Both the position numbers and the translations under genes were made by a program. From Laetmonice hystrix (lineage: Eukaryota): 60,000 nt of DNA. This document shows, in pieces, positions 14,063-26,921 of this stretch (its first letter is position 1; each line of letters opens with the position of its first letter). The notes under the pieces are model-generated. The model was not told the origin of the DNA. It did no database searches and saw nothing but the letters and a program-made list of their open reading frames with translations. The DNA is taken from contig OZ249436.1 in the NCBI GenBank assembly GCA_965235115.1, positions 30,816,001 to 30,876,000 of the forward strand, written 5' to 3'.

Positions 14063-14914
14063 TATCGGGTGGATAAAAAAAAACGCCCCGAACTTTAAAC
14101 TTTAATATTTCAAAAACTATGCATTATAATTCAATAAAATTTCTCTCAATATCACTTCATGATATTATCGCTGGCATGTTAAAGTTTCAGCTCAATAGCT
14201 TTGATATTAATCCCGTGGCGCTAAAAACAAAAATCAGTGTCTAAAATCGCAATGCCGGAATTAGGTCAAATATCATGCCGCTGCCAGGTGTCCAATTTGA
14301 CACCTGTTTGATGCACCGCTTTGTACCTTGGGTTTAAAAAATCAAAATTTAGTTTTTGCATGTTTTACAATATGTATAATGTTGTGGGCCACTAGATTTA
14401 ATAAAATATGTGCTATTCCTAGTACTTTTAGAGAAAAAGAGATGTTTAATGTGCCAAACCCTACACAGAAACTGCAACCTTAAGACGATCTGTAAGGAGA
14501 AGTTCAAGGGAAATCGTATCATTATCACGTTTAGCAACACATTCAGAACGTTTCGTATTTCCTAATGTTGGCAAGATATTTCCCTATCAGAGATCAGGAA
14601 GTGCATTGGCTCATGGAAAAAGAGACTGAGAGCAGTATGGAGTGAAAACGGGGGACCGATTGACCACCTACTCTAGTGTGAGGCCATGGACTCTGGGTGC
14701 GACTACCACTCGCTTTAGGCCGGCATTGCGCTTTTGTACAATGATTTTTGTTTTAAGCCCCACGGAAATATTATCCAAGCTATTGAGTTGTAACATTAAC
14801 AACTAAGAGACAACATCATGAAGTGATATTAAGAAAAATTTCATTGAATTACAATCATTACTTTTTGAGATATTGAAGTTTAAAGTTCGGGGCGTTTTTT
14901 TTATCCACCCGATA
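14063..14914. mobile_element. Non-autonomous Tc1/mariner-type element, ~200-bp imperfect TIRs, TA target duplication
   Basis: TA|TATCGGGTGGATAAAAAAAAACGCCCCGAACTTTAAAC ... GTTTAAAGTTCGGGGCGTTTTTTTTATCCACCCGATA|TA. Inverted similarity extends inward to CGCAATGCCGG / CCGGCATTGCG. Confidence 0.85.
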
Positions 14915-15639
14915 TATATAAAAATATTTTCCCCGGTTAGTTTTTTTTTAATTTGACATTTTATGGCGGGGGGGGGGGGTAGATACGTTATTAGCTACTT
15001 GTTTACAAGGGCGATGAATGGATATTTTCTTCTACTTAGGAAAAAAATTGTAAAAAAAAATATCTGTGCGGTCAAACTCTCAGGAATTCTAAAATCAGCT
15101 GACATATTGTATACTTTCAACAAAAAAAGGACAACATTCCAGGCTAGTTTTGTTGCTAAAACACTATAACTTCATGAAGCCCAAGGAAATCCAGATTGGA
15201 AGAAGACAGGGGGGTTCCGCTTAATATGGTAAAATGGGTGACCATTGGTTGGCAACACAACCTAAATAAAACATTTTTGTGTGATGTTCTAAAAACGAAA
15301 CGGCATGTTTTTTTGTTTTTTTCCAGAACAAAATATAGTTTTGCACAGTTTTTATTCCTTCTTTTTTTTTGATAATTAGTGCGGCCCCCCTCTCCAAAAA
15401 AATGTAAAATGGGCCACATCAAAATTCCGTTTTTAATCCCCTGAAGCAAACTTGCTGGATACGCCCCTACCGTTGCCGCCAGAGGCAGCACCAGTCTCCC
15501 ACGAACATCCTTAAAATCTCCTTCTACAGTCCTTATGGCCACCATCTTCTTCATACTAGGCCTATTACACTGCCTTAAAAATAGCACCGTTGAACCCCCT
15601 TAAGAAGACAAGGACTATTTTTTTTCAATTGCTGTCCAC

Positions 15640-16520
15640 CACTATAGTGTCTGAGGGCTGGCCCAAGGGGCATAGATCGCCAAAATATATAAAGCCATAA
15701 ATTTATCCGATGCCTAGCAGATCACAGATGGGCCACTATACTGTATGCCCAGGAGTATGGGATGGTTTAAATTCTGTAGAAAAGAACAGGCCATGCAACC
15801 ACTTCAAACATTTGTCTAGACAGGCCTTCTGATAATGGTCAGCTGGGCTTGGTGGTGCCAGACTACGTCCAGAATATGGATAGTGTCTACCAATGGTTCG
15901 TAACCCCGACTATTAGTCTTCACAATAATAGCGACAAGGCCAGACACCACCCCCACCTCACCCCAGAATAATCCCTATATCCTCACATGAGTCCTGGCTT
16001 TTCTCCTGCCATATCTCCTCATCAAAGGATTCAAGGAAATTGAACCAGGTTTGGCATATTCATTCTCTATAAAACATAAAAACTAAACTTCGCCTCCCCT
16101 ATCGACAGTCAGTCTCTCAGGTCTGGAAGACAACGCTGTCTCCTTTAATTAAGCAATGTCACTAGTTTGGGATCAGCGTTCCATTATGTGCATGCATGGT
16201 TTCTTCTGGTAGGAAGAATTCCCAAGGCTTACAAAATTCAATACTCCCCAAGTTAAATGAAAAGGTCATTTATTCATATCGACGCTTGGTTAACAAGAGA
16301 TCCATACCATTACCAGTCATTGACTTTATGTCTTTAGTCGTTACAGAAAGCACCTTTACCCATCTAGCTAGGCCAATATGGGGGAGGATCATCATCTTAC
16401 AACAAAACAATTTTCCAATCAATCAGCCTCACCACATCAGAGAAATTGAGCGAGCTCTTCTTAAGGCAGGCAGGCCTATCAAGGCCACAAGGGCGTCCCC
16501 TAAAAATGGGAACTGTTTCA
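15640..16520 (-). mobile_element. Heavily decayed DIRS/Ngaro-like retrotransposon RT-RNase H relic
   Basis: Frame-broken minus-strand peptides in the expected order: LGSIEFCKPWEFFLPEET (cf. FLGIELD...RLPEDK), ICQTWFNFLESFD (cf. W..FL..FNG), EFKPSHTPGH (cf. FRARHIPG), YAPWA (cf. LAPWA). Recognised by eye only. Confidence 0.5.
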
Positions 16521-16870
16521 ATTACGGTTCTTTTCCTTCAATTAACGTATTAGAAGAATCTCAAATAGGATCAGGAGAATACGTCTTCGGCCTAGTCCAT
16601 TCAGCTTATAAGTTGTGTCTGTTCAGAATGTGTAACAATAGGCCTACTGCTGTTCCCTGAGTGAGCCACGGCGGGGACCAGTCGCCAGACAGCAGCTAGT
16701 CTAGACCATTTCACTCGTACATAACGTTCAATAGCTCGAGCAGAACCACTCCCTGAGTCTGCCCCCTCCCCACCCGGTCAATACAACATTACGTGACGTA
16801 CTCTGTACGGGTACGACGTGCAGTCATACCGAGTGCACCTCACCTGTTAGAGTGCTGCAGCAGGTCGAAC

Positions 16871-16941
16871 CCAAGCGGTAACATGGCCTGTAACTACACA
16901 GATACCAAGCGGTAACATGGCCTGTAACTACACAGATACCA
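16871..16941. repeat. 34-bp perfect tandem duplication
   Basis: CCAAGCGGTAACATGGCCTGTAACTACACAGATA x2. Confidence 0.9.
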
Positions 16942-19640
16942 TCTATCATTATGTCAGATACACATATAACTACTGACTGAATGAAAGGGGTTGGGCTTCT
17001 GGCCCCATTTAGTGGCTGATGAATGGCCATTCACCCTTGGCGAACCCTGTTGGAAGACACCAGATCCGGAGCGGGCCGATATGTTATTTATATGGAGAAC
17101 CCTGCTTGGCAGGGAGGCTGCAGTTGGCGCACTCAGATGGCCGGGCATACAATGAATAGGCCTACAGAGCAGCTCTGAAAATATATCTTACCAGGGCATG
17201 TTTTTAAAAGTCGTGATCGCTATCCCAAATGAGTTCGACTTATTTCAGACTGAGACGATATGGCTCAAGGGGGATGGAGATCCTAACTTTTTCCCAGTAG
17301 AGGTTAAGCTGCAATTCTCAGATTCAAAAAAAACTGAGCTCAGAATAGAGTCCTCGTCACTGGAAGATATATAGTTCAGGCATGAAAAAATTAAAGGGGC
17401 TATGATGTTCTCTTTAACAAATTTGCATGTGTACGTTCACAAATATGGTAATATCTGTACAAATTAAATCAAGAATCTAAATAACCCAATGCATAGTAAC
17501 ATCTGTTATTCCCACTACTAGTAACTCCCAATGTCTACCATAGTACATGGCTGCTGCATAATAAGACCTACTTTGACAGACATACTTAAAGGCCAAAGAA
17601 CTGTACTGACTCACGCACAAAATTAGACATGTTTTATATAATTACCAGGGGCAGGCTTTAGAGAGATCTTAGACTCTCAGGCCTATTTGGTATTTTGTAA
17701 TTGCGAGAAGATATGATTGATCCAAGACAAAAATCTTCCTCTCTGTTTTATAATAATGTTGACTCGCATCCAGGAATAAAAAAAAGATTCGGCCTATCAC
17801 GTGACGATGGAAGCTGGATCACCCGGGCCAGGGGCCGCCAGGTCGTTTTTTAACGCCGCTACAGACCGTAAATACTGCAGGTTAAAAACTGGGCTACCTT
17901 CTCTGGCTCCTACCCACCGGTTAGTTGGCTCCGACGGGGGCGGCCTCGTAAAACGGCCGTGTCAGTATTTAACCCGGCACGACACTGTCTGTGCATTACT
18001 AAGGACCTGATTACAACGACTATGCGCATTCGTTTGGAGGAGGATTTTAATCGGGTAGCAATAAAAACAATACCTAAAACATTGTCCGGTTCCCTTCAGG
18101 GTCAGGTGTCACAGTCCATGCGGTACTAATGTAAATCATAGCAGGAAGAAAATGTAGAGACTTGGTGTTTTTTGTGTTCAACCACTTGCCACGGGATTCG
18201 TAATGTTGTTGTAAGAAAATAAAAGCTGTCTATCATGTTTCTTTAGAGAAACATTATCATAAATATGGAATGACATTTTACATGAAACCCCACTAATTCT
18301 TTGAAGAAATAAGGCGTGGCGCATTTCAAAAGATCCCCCCTCCCCCTTGTATACCTTTATAGATGACCTTTATTTTTACATTGAAACTTATCATATGATA
18401 GTTATACATAAAACAGAATCAGTATTCTCGCAGCAGGAGCCGAGGTTTCACTTGCTATATCAAATTTATGAGAATGACCAAATAATCCTCCCAGAAGCAC
18501 TACCATCTTTCTCTCTGGCGATTCATTCATACAAAGATGACCGTGAATGTATAATCTGTGAGAGTGAATATGAAGTTTTTTAAGATAACCTCTGACTTCA
18601 AAGTCATTCTAGCACGCTAGACACAATATATACTGTATCCAATTACTGCGGTTTCATGTGGTGAATAATTCCCTATTAGCCGGCAGCTTTACGGAGATGA
18701 TTCCGTGAGGATATAGGGTTAATGTGTACACTGGGACACATCATACACAGATGATTGCCTCTATAAACGCTAGTCCTCCCACTGCTCTCAACTATTATGG
18801 GAATTATTGTAGACTTACATACAGACATAACGACTGTCCACAACGGGAGCCCAGGGCACGACCAACAGACGGTAAACCGTATTCATATATCCATACAGTC
18901 TGGATATGGTCTATAATAATTAATGAGGAATTAATCAATTTGTCCTAGATGGGAAATAATCATTGAGTAGACTTTGAAAGTGAGTGTGTCAATACAACTT
19001 AATTCTCACTGGGCCGATCTTACCACTATAGCCTGGAGGTAGAGCTGGACGATATCGGAAGGTTGTCTTTATTTGGGGCGGGGCCAGCCATATATATAGA
19101 TCACACAGATCGATACTCGTATTGAAACAAGCTGGGGTGGTCCCATGTTGTAATAGTTCTCTCCCCGACCGTTATATCTCCCGCTCTCTCTCTCTCTGTC
19201 TCATGGCTTCCTCCCTAACCATTCTCCTAGAACACACATAGACCCAATGCAATTATAGAGAATAACGACTAACATATTGAGTCCGGATTTAAATTCTTCC
19301 TTAAGCTTAGGCTTTAGCAAGAACGGAAGATTTGAAACCCCCCTTATGTCAAGGATCCTGTGTAATATTATGTAAATGATATTTCTACCTAATGATACGG
19401 TGATGGGAGGTAGGTGCTGTGCCGTACCATGCAGCTCCCGTCTTGTGCCAGGTGTTTTGATCTGAACCCATTAACCTGCCAACCTGCATGACCTGGATAG
19501 AGAGATCGACAAGGATTTGTTCTCACCGGGAACCACATTGTCCTATGTATATAGTAAATACCACCTCCGGCCTGCACTTTTATCACCAAGGCTGTGATTA
19601 GGCAAAATTCTCGCCTTTTTTCTGTATTGTAAACATATCT

Positions 19641-19995
19641 TAGGCCAAGTGCATCACCAGCATTTACCTCAGGGCAATAAATGCCACAATTGCGTTGTCT
19701 TACTGAAGTAATTAACGTGTAACCGCCCGATATGTGACGCCGCTGGTTCTTACCTTGACCTTCTTCAAGTTCTTGTGTGTTCATTGGAGCCGAATGCTGC
19801 ACACCGCGGCGTATTACGTAACATTACGTGTTACTCTGCTCACAGACCTTGTCTACACGATGTTTGGAGTCCCAACGTTTGTAAACGTCCGAGGTAATAA
19901 ACACACAAGCAGTTTACACGTTAATTACTTCATTCAGACAACGTAATTGTGGCATTTATTGCCCTGAGGTAAATGCTGGTGTTTCATTCGGTCTA
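19641..19995. mobile_element. MITE with ~80-bp TIRs and TAG...CTA ends
   Basis: CACCAGCATTTACCTCAGGGCAATAAATGCCACAATT (19655) is inverted as AATTGTGGCATTTATTGCCCTGAGGTAAATGCTGGTG (to 19981). The imperfect match extends to TAGGCC/GGTCTA. No clear TSD. Confidence 0.8.
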
Positions 19996-20139
19996 CGAAA
20001 CCTTATTTGCCGTGGGTGTTTTCCATCCCTTTAAGCCCAAGCAGGATCGTACGTGTTACTGGGCCCTGGGGCTATAATCTAGGGATGATGTACCGTATAT
20101 TTACGTTTTGCTTTTCCTTATGTAACGTAATGTATGTTT

Positions 20140-20210
20140 GTAGAGGCCTGATATATGAGTCCTGGCTATGGACCAACACTTGACCGTCTAATTGCTGGGT
20201 GTAACTCTAC
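20140..20210 (+). ncRNA. Degenerate type I hammerhead ribozyme-like motif (likely inactive)
   Basis: Stem I GTAGAG/CTCTAC, core CTGA-tata-TGA, stem II GTCC/GGAC, GAAAC decayed to CAAC, GTA triplet just before the 3' stem I strand. Confidence 0.4.
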
Positions 20211-23200
20211 CTGTCACAAATAAAAACCCAATTGGATTAGAATTTACCGCTGAACAATTCAGATCTGTACTTTTTTCATTCATTAAAACGTAATCTGTTT
20301 TAAAAAGACCTCCCTCGCAACCATCATGTAAACCCATACATGATATATGGCGGACAAAGGTATAGTGACTGCAAATTATTACTTTCAGTCCGTCATTCGT
20401 CATGTCGTAGTGGTGGGGTCCCTCTGTGAGCGTGGGAATATAAATACCGACATTGTCCAATAGATTCATATAAAATACACATCAATGGTCACTCTCTAAG
20501 CGCCCTATGGGTTGCCCAAGTGTTAACTTGCTTTACATGTAAACTGACTTACTGTTCGGGTAAGGTTATTTACAGCCATGATCTACAACTGCCTGATAGT
20601 CCCATTCCATGTCTTATCACACCTGTGCATCACGTGCAACAGTTTCAAGAGCCTTCAAAAAGATTTCCTGGGGAGCTGTCAGTGGTCAGCGGTACTTTTA
20701 ACCATTTACACAGAGATTCACTTCTTACACTGGTAATTATCATAGTGATCTGACTGAATTCACTGTAAAGGAAACATCACATAGTCCTCGCACCCCACAG
20801 ACTGGCCTGGTGATGGGCAGGTACGGAGACGAAACGTGAAGGTTGTACAACACCTGTGAGAATTTCCCTTTATGTTAACAGTCTATCTCTGGGTGGTCCC
20901 CTGTCAGTGAGCGGTCCGGCGACCCCCAAGACGGGACAGCCGTCCTTGGCAGTCTTCAGACAAGATAAGGACGTTTACAACACTGCCGTATATGAAGAGG
21001 AGAGTCCTCCCCAATTTCAGCCGACATCAGGATGTCAACTTCGAGTCGCCGCATGTATTCATGAATACCTACTCAAAATAACCAACAGATGCCTATCGGG
21101 GCCTACCCTGCCTGCCTGGCCATGCCTTTCAATGCCTTTCAAATCAACTTCTTCCGTTTGCACCGACTTGATGTTTAGCTTCTATTATCGTGATACGATT
21201 TCCTTCCTGTGCTATGAATCTGTTTTGAATCCCGGCGGGTCGTGATTTCATTGTCCTTTGATTCCACAAGAAGTCAGGCGTGATGTAGGAATTGTTTAAT
21301 CTAATCACAGGTGTAGCCTTCCAAAGTGACTGTCAAGGTGTCATTATCTTGTGACAAAGTATTACCACTTTATCAAGCTCCCTGGGGGACCGGCTGTATA
21401 GAACGACACATGTAGATCTACCAGGGATGGCCCAGTGTACATGCATGTACTTATGAAGCCACCTGGTGGGCAGAGACACAATTACCACCTCAAGTATAGG
21501 GGCACGTAACGTCCCCAATTTTCAGAATGTAAAACGGTGGTTAAATTTGGCTAAACAAATGTCTAATTTATAAAAAATACTTTAATACCTGATCAGAATT
21601 CTTGATTAATCTATTAAACTATCAATGTAGTTAGTATATTAATTCATATCATCACAATCATCTTGTTTGCGGTAACTCTGTCTTCGATTTAAAGTTTTGT
21701 AGGTTTTAAGAGTTCTTCAAGGTCATATCACCATGCTGTACAAAGACTTCGAGTATTCTCTAGGTTGGCCGATAGCTGCTATCGTGTCCTGTTTTCTCTG
21801 TTCATGACCGTTACCATGGGCACAAGAATAGTTGTATGGTCGAGGGCGTAATGACAGGGGCGAGGGTATAGAGATATCAGAAGAACTGAGATGGTTGCGC
21901 CTTTATCTGAGAGCATGCCTCTGTCTGCTCTCAATTGCTGCCAGGCTTACGACACACTCGCTCATAAGATTGCATCTGAGGGCAGTGTTCGGCGTTTGAA
22001 GACTCTCAAACAACCCCTCCAGCCTCGACCAATATTGAGTGTGAAAGGTTTTCTGTGATATTGCTATAGGGAATCTATTATACGTCACGTCAAGTCTGCA
22101 ACGATCGTTGCCTGGAGTTTGAGTTGGTGACAAGCGTTTTGTCTCCCCGGGCCATACAATGTGTCTGTAATTGAAACATAACAAACGCGCCCAATCAATA
22201 GGCCCCCACTGTGATGAATACCTTTATTCTGGTGAATCGTTTTATCAGTCTTTGTCTGAGAAGACGACATCAAAGTTTATGGCCATAACATGTCAGTGAA
22301 GGCTAGGAAGAAGCCTTGTGTGCTCTTCCTTACGCGTCTTATCATTTTTTTAATGGCGAATGTTTCATTTACTCAGGAATCATCATTGTCTGTGAAGGTT
22401 TGGTGCGACGGTAGAACTAACGTGTTACAGCGACGCCACCTAGCGGCTACGGGTGACAACCATGCCACTCCTCGGGGAAGATACAAGATACTGCAGTACA
22501 CATTATAATTTCCCTTACACATTATAATTTCCCTATCTCAGGCTGTCTCATGTTTTCTAAAAGGAAGGCCTCCCTAGTATCCGATATAATTATATTCATC
22601 CAGTGAATTTAGACGCCAGTGAAAACTGTCGTTCAATTAACTGTAGCCTACTAAAGGCTACAAATTGAACTTATACTCCAATAATTATTCAATAATTATT
22701 TATTTCAGGAATAATTGATCCTTTGTTAAATGATCATAGGTAAATGATTCACACCGCCAGGACTTCAAGCCTGACTTTCCTTCACCGACCTGCCACCTAC
22801 TGTTAGAAGCATACATTACACGCAGAGCCGTCCCCTCCCTGACAACACCACGTGTGTGCCCACAGTTGGGCCACGGCCATGTGAGCCCAGTCAGGCGAAC
22901 ATCCTCAACCATTGACTGCCGGCGACATTCTGAGTGCGCAGGGTGAAACATCTGGGGGGAAAAACTGGCCTCACAATGTAAACTGGCCTCACAACGCTGC
23001 CTCTAAACTCTACAAGTACAAAAAGTATGTTTTCCCTGTATTTCCATAATGATGAATTATCACACGGCACTGGGCAAGCCCGGTAAAGAATAAAAACATT
23101 GTAAAGTGAACCACGAGCGGTTTAGAGGTCCTTTGTGGAAGGGTCTCCAACCTCCACGGGGCAGTGACAAATGATCTTGGATGTTTCTTCCTAGAGATTC

Positions 23201-24859
23201 CGCACATAGTCCATGAGTAAGAATATATTTGAGTGCACCAACCTGTCGTGAAGATTGACAGGCTCTGAGAGGTAAGTTTTTCTTCTGTAGACCTGCTTAT
23301 CCCTCCTATAGTTTCAGCCGCTCACTCGGGGTAAAAATCGGGTAGAATTTTGAAACAGATGGGTATGTCTTTGACTAATACTTGAGAGCCATTCTTATAA
23401 ACTCTTCGCATCTCATGCATTACTGGAGTTGGAAGTGGTGAATGCTGCCAAGTCGTCGAGGATTATTGCCAGCAATACTATCATTTTATTAATTCTGAGG
23501 GTTCTGAACGCTCCGAAACTGCCATAAAGTTCTTCTGAATTTTATACACGATAGGGCAGAGTGGGAACGTTTTAAATAACAGCCCTATAAAGGTACGTCT
23601 TCTGAAACAAGGGTGTGGGGGGGGGGGGGGGGAGGCGCCCCCTATACCCTGTCCCGCTGGCGATTTTTATTTTTCCTATTTTATTTTTCGGTGCCAAACC
23701 GGAGCTCATTTGCCTATGACCTGTCGAGCCGACCTCTGTTTTCTGTTTGTTGTATTTTCCCCTCAAATTTTTCAAAATGGGTTAGAGTTAGGGATAGGGA
23801 TAGTTATAATCTTTGAGTTGGTTCCGAGCTAGCGTAGGAAAAAATTCACGTCCCGCTGCTGATGAAAGGGTGGGAAAATATCACCAATGTAAGGTGGTTC
23901 TGTTGGTCTAGTCACAGACCTATATCTAGGTCTATGACTTGTCCAGTTTCTGTCTCGCAGAGGTGAACGCAACAGGAGACTGGAGAATGAGAGGTACCGG
24001 CGTCACCATGTCACAGGCACTCATCTCACCCGAAAAGATATACCTATGTTTAAATAATCTGAAGGGATCATACCTCCCGACCTAGAACTGACGTCGGAAG
24101 TTTGAAATGCCCTGGCTTGTATGTTTTCGGATCCCGGTTAACGACCTGGTCTGCATCCAAAATGAGCATCTGCACTGGAAATTTGGCATTCCGAAAGGTG
24201 CTTAATCAGGATCTCCTTTACAAGGAATTGCAATAGAAATAAAAGTTTGTTTAAAAAAAAAATCAAAACAGAGACATATATGACAACGGTTCTGTAAATA
24301 TCCTGTACATGTATTCAACGGCATAGAGTGCGAGGAGTTCTGTTAAATATTTTCCACTTGTAATAAAGCTTACTACAGTGATACCCTTTTATTGATTTCT
24401 TAGTAAGAGAACGTTTACATACGGTAAGATTGTTTGGCTCAAGCCTTCAGGCAAAAAGGTAGTAGGCCTAAAGGGCGTTAAGTTCAATATTTGGCATGCG
24501 AGAGATGGGTGCATTGGCTGAATCAATACTGGGGTGAATACACTTTTCCTTGAAGGACCTCCAAACGTCTCTTCAGCAGGTTTGAGCTACTACTGACTAC
24601 TTCGGCAAGTCTGTATAAATATTTCTTTGAATCACCATACATTTGGCCTCTATCATTGTTTACTAAAGGGGTTCAGATTACTTTTTCTTGGAAACCCACA
24701 AGCTGTCACTGGCGTTAAAAATGAAAGGTGTCATTCCATGATTTGTCTGCCTCTGATCTGAAGACATCGTGGAAGCCACCTTGGTTCGAATCAGCAGTCT
24801 GAGAGAAAACGTGATGTCAATACTGTCTCGGCTTAAAATACTGTGTGAGAGACGAATCT

Positions 24860-25204
24860 CACTGGGGGATCCAGGGGGGGGGCAAGGGGCCCGGGCCCCC
24901 CTTAAATTATCCTTTCCCCAACCTTTTTTTTAAGAAGATGCATTATTGGGACCCTGAAACCAGGATTCCAACAAAATTCATTAAAAAAGCCTCCGATATT
25001 GTATGTGATAGTCACATCGGGCCCAAAATTTGGGCCTCCTCAGTCATCCAGGAGCAACATAGGCCAAACTCTGGGCCATGCAGCATTGAAATAGACCAAA
25101 AGGGGCCCAAAATGGCCATAATCATAATAAAATCATGCCGAGTGTAGCGAGGCTAATTTCTTTTTAGGTGGGCCCCCCTTATCAAAATCCTGGATCCCCC
25201 ACTG
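24860..25204. mobile_element. hAT-like MITE, 5-bp TSD AATCT
   Basis: AATCT|CACTGGGGGATCCAGG ... CCTGGATCCCCCACTG|AATCT. Confidence 0.8.
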
Positions 25205-26384
25205 AATCTAGTTAATTTATGGTAAAACAACCACATACTGAGTGTCAAGGAGAATCTGAAATTTGTATCGGAACATTAAGCACATGTAGGTTGTTTTTTT
25301 ACACATAGCCTATGCTTAACACACTCCTGATACGGTTTGGTTTTGTCCTTACACAGTGGCTTAACCTTTAAATGTAGGCACACCGTTTTTAAACAGAATT
25401 AAGGCGCCCTACGTTGCATCTGTTCTGTCCCAAAAATTGAGAAACTTGTTTGATCGATTTCAGGTGTCTTTCTTCTCATGTCTAATCTTCTCATCTATAT
25501 AACCATCTAGGTAGGTATGTATTCCTATATGAACTGGAATATAACCAGCCACATATGGTTCCAGAAAAGTGTTGGCCTTTTGAGCTAAAACGCCTTGCGG
25601 AATATTCTCTTTGGGGATTTATTATTCTTAACCTTCCGTCGTAGATAGTTATGCACACTGCACGAGTGCTGCCATCTATAATTACCATTCTGTACACCCA
25701 CTGTTCAATAAGAAAACATTCACAATTCAAAAAGTAGGCTGCCTTGGGGTATAATCTACTGGTTACTCAAAGTTTAATCATACCCTGTAAGAAGATAATA
25801 TTATTAATTGAACTGACATCATGTAGGCTACATGATTCTACATGACATTAACATGATATCATCGACCACAGCTGTACGGGGTCTGGTTGACTCAGAGCTG
25901 TATACCACCACAAATCCACAATGTGTGCCCTCAAATATCGCCAGACTAGATATCCACCAACCTCACCTATAGCTACAGTCGTACCACTGCTAATCAGTTT
26001 ACTGCCAACGTCCAGGTTTCGCCCACATCCTCTGACAAATACAGCCACAGAAATGAGGTTGCATCCTCACCTGACAGGGTAAATATTTGAGTAACACTCA
26101 CTTTGCGATAAAAACTCCCAGCTGGACCATGTTACCACCGAACATGCTACATCACAACCTGGAACTCGCCGGCTATCTTATCATAATTCTTCCGATCTTA
26201 AGAGCTTTTTTTCGAATTGGCCCAGCGCCAACCTAGCCTGTAACTGACTCAACTAAAATCTTTCGAGGGGAAATGGGTAGATCCCCTGTGGTAATATCTC
26301 GAAATCTGGCGGGAAGAAATAAAAATCGATCATTTATTCCTGGTCACCAACCTAATCTTAACCCCTGTTCCCGGTCCCCAGACC

Positions 26385-26921
26385 CAGACCTGCCAAGTCC
26401 CCCGGTTTCACCGGGGGACTCCCGGTTTTTAACCTGATCCCCCGTCCCCCCGGTATGTCACACTTTTCTCACGGTAAATTGAAAACTCATGTATGCACAC
26501 AAATGTACACAAAACACAAGAAAAAAGATAGATTGGACAATTGAGTATGTTTTTAAGTAGGCCTACATGTAGCAACTAGATCTATATGCAACGCAGAACA
26601 CTAAAAAAGGATAGGCCTAGCCTACATAAAGAGAAAAGAAACAACATAAAGGAGCAGATGTCTTAGGACAATTTTTTATTTTAAATTTATTAAACTGATG
26701 GTAGGCCTATGTAAGTTGTGTACTTCATGTGTAGAATGTAGTGGCTCCATACTAACGTTTCTCCCCCACTCATAGGTCTATATCAGCTTCATAATGTAGT
26801 CTCCAGGTTTTCCCCAAAAATCTCCAGGTTTTCCCCCAAAAATCCCCCGGTTTTCCTCCCAATTTCCAGGTTTTTGGACACCAATCTCCCGGTTTCTTCT
26901 CTCTGTAGGTTGGCAGGTCTG
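26385..26921. mobile_element. hAT-like MITE, 6-bp TSD CAGACC
   Basis: CAGACC|CAGACCTGCCAA ... TTGGCAGGTCTG|CAGACC, with reiterated subterminal CTCC(C/A)GGTTT motifs. Confidence 0.8.

Larger units (their letters stand above)
19250..20225 (+). mobile_element. Possible Penelope-like element 3' relic, interrupted by a MITE
   Basis: Faint GIY-YIG-region echoes (VPCSSR, CTFITKAVI, and TGPWGYNL cf. T..P.GLN), then a hammerhead-like fold and AATAAA. This is the layout of a Penelope pLTR. Confidence 0.3.

Noticed and set aside
16196..16660. 154-aa + strand ORF
   Set aside because: No recognisable domain; it lies antisense to the retroelement relic.
17010..17050. CTGATGA...GAAC second hammerhead candidate
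   Set aside because: Core spacing is wrong, GAAA is absent, and no convincing stem I or III.
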